NCBI GenBank assembly: GCA_048940925.1 | Contig: JBHLOC010000023.1 | Span: forward strand, 18,980-82,979 | Origin: Promethearchaeota archaeon | Lineage (GTDB): Archaea > Asgardarchaeota > Lokiarchaeia > Sigyniarchaeales > SOKP01 | DNA length: 64,000 bases | Direction: 5' to 3' | Shown: positions 40,455 to 48,776 of the stretch, one piece after another | Layout: every line of letters starts with the position of its first letter | How positions within the stretch are numbered: the first letter of the stretch is position 1 | The notes under the pieces: generated by a model | Told to the model about the DNA's origin: nothing | What the model saw: the letters and a program-made list of their open reading frames with translations, nothing else | Database searches by the model: none | Made by a program: the position numbers and the translations under genes

Positions 40455-41066
40455 TTATCTTTCTTCCAATTTTGAAAGTAAGGTAAGTTCTCCTATTTTA
40501 TGAAATATTAGTTTAACATTATCTCCCGTTAATGCTGAGGTTTCGAAAAAAGGAGCGTTCAATTTCTGGCTAAGGTGTTCAGCCATTGGTAATATTATTT
40601 TTCTCTCGTCTTTTAAATCTATTTTATTGCCGACTAAGATTTTTGGAATACCTGAAAGTCCATATTTAACAGCTGTATTCCACCAATTATTTATATTCGA
40701 GAATGAACTAGACCTTGTAATATCATAAACTAACATCATCCCATCAGCTCCGTTAAAATATGGACGATGAAGCATGTAGAATTGCGGATAGACGCAATAG
40801 AGGAGAGCTCAATTACTTTGTCCAGCAATATCCCATACCATAAGAGTTATGTCCATATCTTTTCCCATATCGTTCTTTACTGTTACTTTCTCCTTGGTAA
40901 TGTTAACTCCAACTGTCGGAATATATTCATATTCAAACTTTTCAGCACAGAAAGTCTTCAGAAGACTCGTCTTACCCACAGCGGGATCTCCGATTACAAT
41001 AATCTTGTATATCATCTCAGAGGGTTTGTGGAACACTAATTCCTCTTCTTCTTTATCTGTAGTCAT
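40455..41066 (-). CDS. Rab-like small GTPase, two exons (41066-40818 and 40787-40455), 193 aa after splicing
   Basis: Exon 1 has G1 GDPAVGKT, G2 PTVG, G3 WDIAGQ. Exon 2, same frame, has PQFYMLHRPYFNGADG, LVYDIT, G4 GNKID, G5 ETSAL. A 30-nt insert with TGA separates them. Confidence 0.88.
40788..40817 (-). other. Putative 30-nt archaeal bulge-helix-bulge (BHB) intron in a protein-coding gene
   Basis: Insert AGUAAUUGAGCUCUCCUCUAUUGCGUCUAU. Central helix GGAC/GUCU, bulges AA^A and AU^C, inner helix GUAAU/AUUGC, outer helix AUUGC/GCAAU. Predicted cuts equal the boundaries that restore the GTPase. Confidence 0.82.
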
Positions 41067-41351
41067 GGTATATTAGATAATTTTAGATTTTTTAATTAAT
41101 TAATTAATGAAGTTCCAATATAAAAATTTTAATTGTTTTTAATAAGAAGTATAAAAATAAAATAAAAAGAAGATTATTCCATTTCAAAAACACTAATTTA
41201 TTTCTTCCATCTAAAAATATTTTTTAAATTTAATTTAAAAGTCAAACTCTATAAGATAGCTTAGAGCTCATTTCGTTAATCAAGAGAAAGTTTATCAATT
41301 GCATAATTTTATTTTATTTAATTGAATATAACTCCTTTTAATTGACATAAA

Positions 41352-41957
41352 TTGATTAAAAACATTATCTTTGACTTAGGTAACGTTTTATTGAATTTTA
41401 AACCAGAAGAATTCCTGTTAAGATACACCCAAGATGGTAAACTTATTAAAAAATTTATTTCTAAAGTGATTAGAAGTCGAATTTGGTTGAAATTAGATCG
41501 TGGTACACTTTCGGTGCAGAAGGCCAGAGAAGAGTTCCTTTCACGGTTTCCTGAAGATAGTCATTTAATAATTTCATATTTTGATCATTGGATGGAGATG
41601 CTGACACCTATACAGAATAATGTACGAATTTTAAGGGATTTAAAGATGAAAGGTTATAAACTGTATATTTTATCTAATTTTATTGAAGAAGCTTTCAATT
41701 ATGTATGTAATAAATATGATTTCTTTTCTCTTTTTGATGGTGGAATAATTTCATGTAGAATTCATATAATTAAACCCGAGATTGAGATATTTAAAAAAAT
41801 TATAGAAAAATTCAATCTTGATCCTGAAGAATGCCTTTTTATAGATGATGTAGCAACTTTTTTGTTTAAAGCGAGAAAGTTTAAGATTAAAACTATTCAA
41901 TATCTCCCATATACAGATTTACGCGAAGAGTTACGAAATCTGAATATTGATGTTTAA
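41352..41957 (+). CDS. HAD-superfamily phosphatase (YihX-like)
   Basis: IIFDLGNVL, ILSN, IKPEIEIF, CLFIDD. Confidence 0.9.
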   Translation: MIKNIIFDLGNVLLNFKPEEFLLRYTQDGKLIKKFISKVIRSRIWLKLDRGTLSVQKAREEFLSRFPEDSHLIISYFDHWMEMLTPIQNNVRILRDLKMKGYKLYILSNFIEEAFNYVCNKYDFFSLFDGGIISCRIHIIKPEIEIFKKIIEKFNLDPEECLFIDDVATFLFKARKFKIKTIQYLPYTDLREELRNLNIDV

Positions 41958-41980
41958 ATGCTGTGATTATGGAATTTTTC

Positions 41981-42523
41981 TTAGCCATTCAGCTTCATTT
42001 GTTTTGAAATTTTAAATTTTGATGCTTTGTTGTCTTCTCGGGATATAAAATAAATAGTATTTAGAGAGAATGTGATTTCCTCCCAATTTTTCTGTAATTT
42101 GTTTATCAATTTATTTAATTTGTCTTTCCCCATAATCTGTCCAACGCTTAAATGAGGTCTAAATCCCTTTTTGAATTTATTTACATCATTACAATCAGGT
42201 ACAATATTTAGAATTTTTGCCTGTAAAGTTATGATAGATTCAATTGGTTCAGGATCAAGCCATAAAGTAAATCTTTGTCTTCCATGACCAAAGTAATCAA
42301 ATTTTCTTAAAGAAATCTTAAATTGTTTAATAGGTTCGCATATTTCTGAAAAAATCCTCTCCAGTTTCGAATATTCATTTTCAGGCGTAAATGGGTATAA
42401 TAGCGTTATATGTGGCATCCATCTATTGATTTGACGATCATATAGTTTGCGAATCTTTTGAATTGGTGCCCACTTTTCTATAGGAGGGATTATAACTACA
42501 GCAGAGTTATAGGATTTATTCAT
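41981..42523 (-). CDS. 2H phosphoesterase (2'-5' RNA ligase/LigT-like family)
   Basis: Two HxT/S motifs: PHITLLYPF and PHLSVG. Confidence 0.85.
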   Translation of the reverse strand: MNKSYNSAVVIIPPIEKWAPIQKIRKLYDRQINRWMPHITLLYPFTPENEYSKLERIFSEICEPIKQFKISLRKFDYFGHGRQRFTLWLDPEPIESIITLQAKILNIVPDCNDVNKFKKGFRPHLSVGQIMGKDKLNKLINKLQKNWEEITFSLNTIYFISREDNKASKFKISKQMKLNG

Positions 42524-42545
42524 ATCATTTAATAATTTATCTTTT

Positions 42546-43667
42546 TCAAATTCTATTACTATTTAACTCATTATAGCTATTATTTCTTTTCTCAATAAGT
42601 TTTGCAAAGCCTGAACTTAACCTAGCTATTTGAACTTTTAAAGACGCCTTACTCCCCCATTTCTTATATACTTCTCTTAATGTAAGCTGAAAACCAATTA
42701 TGACAATAATAATAACAAAAAAATAATAGAAAGGATTAATTTGATTCCTAAAAAGAAAATATAAAATGTTATGAGACAAATAGATAGTTAGCGAATAATA
42801 AGAGAAATAAAATGTAAATTTATAGCTTTTTTTCGTCTCAAAAAGGTTAAATTCTTCAACGGATACCAAAAATGTTACAATAAGCAAATTAAATCCTAAT
42901 GCAAAAATGATCAATGGAAAAGGTTGATCTATCAAAATAAGTGGATAAAATGGAAAAAAGTGAAGGCCAATGAGAATGAATCCTAATATTGATGAGGGAA
43001 CTAAAAACTTATTCTTAAAAGCAATTCTTCTATCTTGTTGATTATTTATAATAAAAATATCAAAAATTATGTTTCCTACAACGGTTCCAAATAAGAAAAA
43101 AGGGAAATATACTAAAATTGGATCAAAATCTAAAGAGTTATATAATATATGGAATAACCCTCCATATAAGTTAAATTGTCCTTTATAGGGTAAAAGAAAT
43201 GCTAAGATAAAGTGATTTATTATCCAAATGCCTATTGCAATAAAAATTCTAAAAATTACTGAGCACTTTAATAACGGCCATGCCATAAAAAGTGAAACTG
43301 AAATTGATAATAACATGTACCATGTCCAAATCCAGGAAATATTGTTCAGCCTTATGACAGTAAAAGAATTATAGATAATTGCAATAATAAAAATTGAGGA
43401 TGCTCGAAATAGATATTCATTTCTCATCATGTGAAAATTGTAATTTTCATCAGTACTTACTTCTTGGATTTTGTTCTTATACCATAGAAAAGTGCTTATA
43501 CCTGAGACGAATAGAAAACTAGGGGCAAATATTTTAGCTAAAAATAGATTAATTTCATATAAAAGCCAAGAGTTATAATCTACTACCCACCAGTCATATA
43601 AATGAATCCAAAGCATTATAAGAATTATAAATCCTCGAAATGCATCTATGCTTTTTAGTCTCTTCAA
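42546..43667 (-). CDS. Membrane acyltransferase-like protein (DUF1624/HGSNAT-like)
   Basis: KRLKSIDAFRGFIILIMLWIH, FLFVSGIS, SLTIYLSH, many TMs. Confidence 0.75.
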   Translation of the reverse strand: MKRLKSIDAFRGFIILIMLWIHLYDWWVVDYNSWLLYEINLFLAKIFAPSFLFVSGISTFLWYKNKIQEVSTDENYNFHMMRNEYLFRASSIFIIAIIYNSFTVIRLNNISWIWTWYMLLSISVSLFMAWPLLKCSVIFRIFIAIGIWIINHFILAFLLPYKGQFNLYGGLFHILYNSLDFDPILVYFPFFLFGTVVGNIIFDIFIINNQQDRRIAFKNKFLVPSSILGFILIGLHFFPFYPLILIDQPFPLIIFALGFNLLIVTFLVSVEEFNLFETKKSYKFTFYFSYYSLTIYLSHNILYFLFRNQINPFYYFFVIIIVIIGFQLTLREVYKKWGSKASLKVQIARLSSGFAKLIEKRNNSYNELNSNRI

Positions 43668-43803
43668 ATAATATACCTATAATCATAAAAAGAAAGTTAA
43701 TTTTGCTTTCTAGTATGATATTTTTAAAGAATTAAAAGGTTTTTAATACCAAAATCCATAAAATTAATTTATAAAATTATATAAATTTATTAGGGTAAAT
43801 TCT

Positions 43804-45066
43804 ATGTCTAAAGAATTTGAAAAAAATTTAGAAAAATATGCTGAACTAATTGTAAAAGTAGGTCTTAATTTACAACCTGGTCAGTACTTGTTGATCGGTG
43901 CTCCCGGACCTCCCCTTTATGGTACTCCTATTGAACTAGCACCTTTAATACGATTGATTGCAGTTAAAGCTTATCAAATTGGTGCGAAGTTTGTTGATGT
44001 TATGTGGGAAGATGATCAATTACATCATATTCGATTTCAGTATGCCAGCAACGATTCCTTCGAAGAGTTTCCGAGCTGGCGGGCTGATCAGGCAATTAAA
44101 ATTGCAAAAGCAGGTGATGCAATCATAATGATAGCTTCTGAGAATCCCGATTTACTAAATGGACATAATATGAAAAGAACTAGTAAATTCTTGGATACTT
44201 GTTGGAAGTATTATAAACCTTTAATGGACCTGCGGCATAAAAAAGCGATGAATTGTACCCTTATTACTCCAACGCTCGAATCATGGGCTGAAAAAGTTTT
44301 ACCTGATATTCCTCAAACCAAGAGAAAAGGAAAATTATGGGATATCATCTTTGATTTATGTCGTGTGAAACAAGATGATCCAGTTACAGCATGGAGGGAT
44401 CATGTTAATCAACTCATCGCTAGGGCTAATTATTTAAATAATAAACAGTATTATTCATTAAGATTTGTAGCTCCTGGAACTGATCTGACAATAGGTTTAC
44501 CTATGGGGCATTTATGGCAAAGTGCTCATATGACTAGTCAGAAGGGGATCAATTTCCTTGCTAATTTCCCATCTGAAGAAATATTTACAATTCCCCATAA
44601 AGATAAAGTGGATGGCATTGTTAGAGCAACTAAACCTCGGTTTGCAGAAGTAATGATTGAGGATTTTAACTTAACTTTCTCTGAGGGTAAGGTTATTAAA
44701 GCAACTGCTAAGAAAGGTGAAGAAATTTTGCTTGATAAACTCAAAAAAGATGTGGGTGCAAGTCGATTAGGTGAAGTTGCACTTGTTCCTCATAGTTCGC
44801 CTATTTCACAATCAGGTTTGATTTTTTATAATGTAATTCTTGACGAAAATGCCTCATGTCATCTTGCTCTTGGTCAATGTTTAAGATTATGTATGAAAGA
44901 GGGTGAAAAGATGTCTGATGATGAACTATTGGCTGCAGGGGGCAATATTAGTGGAATTCATTTAGATTTTATGATTGGATCAGGTGAATTGAATGTTGAT
45001 GGCATATTTGAAGATGGAAGAGTCGAATCAATCATGCGAAAGGGTGAATGGGCATTTACGGTATAG
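43804..45066 (+). CDS. Aminopeptidase, M29 (AmpS/PepS/AmpT) family
   Basis: LEKYAELIVKVGLNLQPGQ, ANFPSEEIFT, LGEVALV, DENASCHLALG, HLDFMIG. Confidence 0.92.
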   Translation: MSKEFEKNLEKYAELIVKVGLNLQPGQYLLIGAPGPPLYGTPIELAPLIRLIAVKAYQIGAKFVDVMWEDDQLHHIRFQYASNDSFEEFPSWRADQAIKIAKAGDAIIMIASENPDLLNGHNMKRTSKFLDTCWKYYKPLMDLRHKKAMNCTLITPTLESWAEKVLPDIPQTKRKGKLWDIIFDLCRVKQDDPVTAWRDHVNQLIARANYLNNKQYYSLRFVAPGTDLTIGLPMGHLWQSAHMTSQKGINFLANFPSEEIFTIPHKDKVDGIVRATKPRFAEVMIEDFNLTFSEGKVIKATAKKGEEILLDKLKKDVGASRLGEVALVPHSSPISQSGLIFYNVILDENASCHLALGQCLRLCMKEGEKMSDDELLAAGGNISGIHLDFMIGSGELNVDGIFEDGRVESIMRKGEWAFTV

Positions 45067-45172
45067 GATGAATCTTTCATTGTATATAGAAAGAATTTTT
45101 CCTTTTTTTTTTGAAGTAATTAAAAATAATTAAAAGATTTTTATGTCAGAAAAATTAATTGTAATTTGAAAA

Positions 45173-45679
45173 ATGAAAATTAAGCAACGTCATTTCATTA
45201 GGAAATCCGAATTGAAATCCCTGAAGAATGATATCATAAAGCAATATGATCGTAAATTTATTGATCAAATTTTCCAAAAAAAGGCGAATGTAGAACTTAT
45301 TCAAACAGAATCTGGAGATATGCTTTATGCTATTAATAATGAATTGAAATTGTGGAAGTCAAAAGATGGATATATTCCTGTATTAACCTTGCTTTTAAAC
45401 AATAGAGTGGACCTGAAAACTATAGTTGTAGATTTTGGAGCAGTCCGTTATGTAGCTAATGGCGCAGATGTTATGCGCCCTGGAATAACCAAAATCGATC
45501 CATCAATTAAAAAGGGAGATATCGTACAAATTAGAGAAGAGACACAAAATCGAGCGTTAGCCGTAGGAAAGGCTTTGTTTGATGCTCAAGAAATGGAATC
45601 TAAAACTTCTGGAAAAGTAATAAAGAATCTACATACGATTCAAGATTCTGTGTGGGAATTTGAGAAAGAATTTAAGTAA
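45173..45679 (+). CDS. PUA-domain RNA-binding protein (MCT-1/Tma20-like)
   Basis: VVDFGAVRYVANGADVMRPGI, ALAVGKA, GKVIKNLH. Confidence 0.9.
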   Translation: MKIKQRHFIRKSELKSLKNDIIKQYDRKFIDQIFQKKANVELIQTESGDMLYAINNELKLWKSKDGYIPVLTLLLNNRVDLKTIVVDFGAVRYVANGADVMRPGITKIDPSIKKGDIVQIREETQNRALAVGKALFDAQEMESKTSGKVIKNLHTIQDSVWEFEKEFK

Positions 45680-45992
45680 ATTCTGCTTTCAAAATTAATT
45701 TCAGTTCTTTTCTTTCAGATTCAACTAACTCATTAAGAGAATAACTTTCTGATTCATAATAATCAATTAAACTTCCAATTTGTTGAAATTTTGACAAGTT
45801 AAGTATAATTTTTAAACCTTCTTCAATAATTTTTGTATCTTCAACCTCACATGAGATTTGCATTAAACGGATTATTGAATTTGATCTCCATAACTCATTT
45901 TCATAAACTTTATTTTCCAAACATAGGAAATCTTCAAAAATTTTATGGAAAAACTCGGTTTCTGAGATCAATTTTAACTTAAACCACCTCAA
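45672..45992 (-). CDS. Hypothetical protein
   Basis: 106-aa ORF convergent with the PUA gene; GAGGTG inside its 5' end suggests a slightly later start. Confidence 0.55.
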   Translation of the reverse strand: MRWFKLKLISETEFFHKIFEDFLCLENKVYENELWRSNSIIRLMQISCEVEDTKIIEEGLKIILNLSKFQQIGSLIDYYESESYSLNELVESERKELKLILKAEFT

Positions 45993-46604
45993 CCCTTTCC
46001 AATTAAAAGAATAGAATTTCTCCTAGTGTTAACATGTTAATATATCTAGTCTAATATTTTAATCCCAATTATTTCTGAAATATTGCGTTATAGTATTACA
46101 TACATCTGAAAATTCCGAATGAAATGTTCGAAATGCTATATTCTTCTATGCATCAATTATCAAAATTGAATAGATTTTACTATTTTTTCAGTGCTTTTCT
46201 AAAATCTTATTTACTTTTTTATTATTGGTTTTAAACTGATACGATTAATATAAATTATTTATTTTTAAAATAATTAAAAAAGCTCATATTATCTGGATAT
46301 GTAAAAAAATCTCCAGTGGAAAGATAATATTTGTAACCCCACGTAAATTTTCTTTAGTGGATAGTTCTGAGCTTTTTACTTTATGATTTATAAGTGAATT
46401 CGGAAATATTGTTTCTTGTGTAATATAGAATCAGAGAATCATAACATCTGAGTGATATATGTGTGTTTCATGCATATTACACGATGTTATAATAGAACTC
46501 GATTTTATATTATTCGGAACTATCTATTGATGGTCATATTGAGTATATTAATAAATATATCTCGATGACTTATCATCGTTATAACAAAAAAAGAGGTTGT
46601 ATGT

Positions 46605-46910
46605 GTGAAAATGAGCATGTATCGATCATATTTGCTAAAAAATAACTTCTGGGCCAAAAAAGGGAATGAAAAGAGTCCAAGTGCCGAAAAAGTTTTTATC
46701 AAACATGATTTAGAGGTTGGTGGAATTTATGCCATCATTGAAAACGAGAAAAAAGGAGTAAAAATAATTACTGAGGGCAGAGAATATTTTTTCAATAATT
46801 TTGACAAGTTAGATTCTTTTCTAAATCGTCTACAACAAAGAAAAGATGATTTTATGAAAATTCTCAGAAGGAAAAATATTTCTAAAAAATTAAGAATGTT
46901 AGAGATTTAG
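46605..46910 (+). CDS. Hypothetical protein
   Basis: 101-aa ORF preceded by GAGGT. Confidence 0.55.
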   Translation: MKMSMYRSYLLKNNFWAKKGNEKSPSAEKVFIKHDLEVGGIYAIIENEKKGVKIITEGREYFFNNFDKLDSFLNRLQQRKDDFMKILRRKNISKKLRMLEI

Positions 46911-46928
46911 ATTTTTTTCATTTTATAT

Positions 46929-48542
46929 TTAAATACTATAAACTGGTTGAAGTCCTGTTTGAAAGTGTCGTAATCGTAATTCAGCTCCTCGAGAAATTTC
47001 AACTCTTGGAATCTTGTCTCGATTTTTATATAATTCAATAATTGCAGCAACAGCATAATCAATATGTGAGGCACTATAAACATTTCTCGGAACAGCAAAG
47101 CGAACTAAATTCAAAATTCCTTTCTGCTGCTCTGGAGATTTTTTATCCCATTCAAAAGCAAATGGTCCTAATTCACAAGCTCTAATACCATATTGTCTTA
47201 ATAGTTCAATAGTAAAACCTACGCCACCAAAATCTTCTTTTTTCATATCAATTCCTTCAAAAAATTTATCCATATCAAGATATATTGCATGACCACCAGC
47301 TGGAAGTATTACTGGGATACCTTTTTCTGCTAATTTTCTTGCAAACTCTCTAATTTGCATCTTTCGCTCATTAAGATAAGTTTCTTGTATCACTTCATAA
47401 AGACCAGCTGCAAGTGCCATAATGTCTCTACCTGACATACCACCATATGAATCATTACCAAATGTTAAAATCTGTTTTTCTTTCAATTTAATTCCAATAT
47501 CTTCATCAATAGAAAATTTCTTATGGAAAATTCCTTGGTCTCTGAAAAAGAATCCCCCACCCATATTAGCCAATCCATCCTTTTTGAAACTTATAGTAAA
47601 ACCATCAACATAAGAAAACATTTCTTGAATGATTTTAGGTATAGAACGTTTTTTATAACCATTTTCGAACTCTTTTATGAAACTAGCATTTTCAGCAAAT
47701 CGACAAGCATCAAAAAAGAAGGGAATATCATATTTTTTTGCTATTTCATGGACTTTTCTAATATTTTCCATAGATACAGGTTGTCCTGCGGCTGTATTAT
47801 TAGTAATCGTTATATAGATTAATGGTATAGATTCTACATGTTTTTCTCGGATAAAAATCTCTAGTTTTTCAACATCCATATTTCCTTTAAATGGATTTCT
47901 TTTATCCATTTCGTTATAAGGAAATTCTTCAAATAAATTCACAGAAAATAAATTTAAAGGTTGAATTCCATTTGCTATTATATTAGCTTCTGTAGTATCA
48001 AAATGACCATTATTAGGGATATAGAATTTTCTATTAGGGAAATTTTTCCTTAAAATTGGTGAAATCGTTGAAAATAATAAATGTTCTGCACATCTTCCTT
48101 GAGGTACTATAAAAGCATTTGGTCGGGAAAGCTGATGTATACCTCCGTTTACAAATCCTCCTTTATATGTAGTCAAGTAAAGCTCATCCATTAATTTCTT
48201 AATAGAAGTTTCTCCAGAAAGGATTAAATTAATAGCTCTCTTTGGATTATCACCTCTCTCAAATGTATCTCTAATAGCATCTAAAAGCACATAATATCCT
48301 TTATTTCGAGCGTAAGATTCATCTCCATGGAAGAGAGCAGCCCATTGGAAATCTGTCATAGTCCCTGAGCCAGAGTCCGATAAAAAATCTAAAAATAATA
48401 AATCTGCTGGAAAAGAAAACATGTTATATTCAGTTTTTTTAAGTGCATATTCTCTTTGTTCCTTTGATACTTCTTTAATTGTCCTTACAACTAATGGTTT
48501 ATTAGCGGGGATTGGAATCCCTAATTCATTTTGCAATTTCAA
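46929..48542 (-). CDS. Tryptophanase / beta-eliminating lyase (PLP), long form
   Basis: YNMFSF, DFLSDSG, GDESY, PQGRCAE, HFDTTEAN, TITNNTAAGQPVS, DACRFAEN, SFKKD (PLP Lys), SYGGMSGRD, RFAVPR, LRHF. Confidence 0.85.
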   Translation of the reverse strand: MKLQNELGIPIPANKPLVVRTIKEVSKEQREYALKKTEYNMFSFPADLLFLDFLSDSGSGTMTDFQWAALFHGDESYARNKGYYVLLDAIRDTFERGDNPKRAINLILSGETSIKKLMDELYLTTYKGGFVNGGIHQLSRPNAFIVPQGRCAEHLLFSTISPILRKNFPNRKFYIPNNGHFDTTEANIIANGIQPLNLFSVNLFEEFPYNEMDKRNPFKGNMDVEKLEIFIREKHVESIPLIYITITNNTAAGQPVSMENIRKVHEIAKKYDIPFFFDACRFAENASFIKEFENGYKKRSIPKIIQEMFSYVDGFTISFKKDGLANMGGGFFFRDQGIFHKKFSIDEDIGIKLKEKQILTFGNDSYGGMSGRDIMALAAGLYEVIQETYLNERKMQIREFARKLAEKGIPVILPAGGHAIYLDMDKFFEGIDMKKEDFGGVGFTIELLRQYGIRACELGPFAFEWDKKSPEQQKGILNLVRFAVPRNVYSASHIDYAVAAIIELYKNRDKIPRVEISRGAELRLRHFQTGLQPVYSI

Positions 48543-48776
48543 AAATTTAACACCAAAATGAGTTTTTCACATCTGTTAGTGTTTATCATAAATTTTACAA
48601 GGTTTAATAATTTATTTCCATGTGAATTGAAATAATGGGATATAACATTTGGGAAATTAAGTTAACTAATTAAGAGTAGACATTATTAAAATTAAAAATT
48701 TAAATATTATAGTTTTAAATAGAATATTATTATATTTTGAACTAAACTTAAAGCAAAAAAAAAGAAGTGTTGGAGT

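Noticed and set aside
40809-40811. In-frame TGA read as selenocysteine (Lokiarchaeia are known to use Sec)
   Set aside because: Read-through would put SNUALLYCVY into switch II and break the conserved GQxxF spacing. No SECIS was recognised. The BHB explains both boundaries exactly.
40455-41066. Pseudogene or two-gene split GTPase
   Set aside because: Both halves keep all G motifs with no other lesions, the insert has no target-site duplication, and the break coincides with a BHB.
40767-41076. Plus-strand ORFs of 90 and 75 aa
   Set aside because: Antisense shadows of the GTPase gene with no recognisable motifs.
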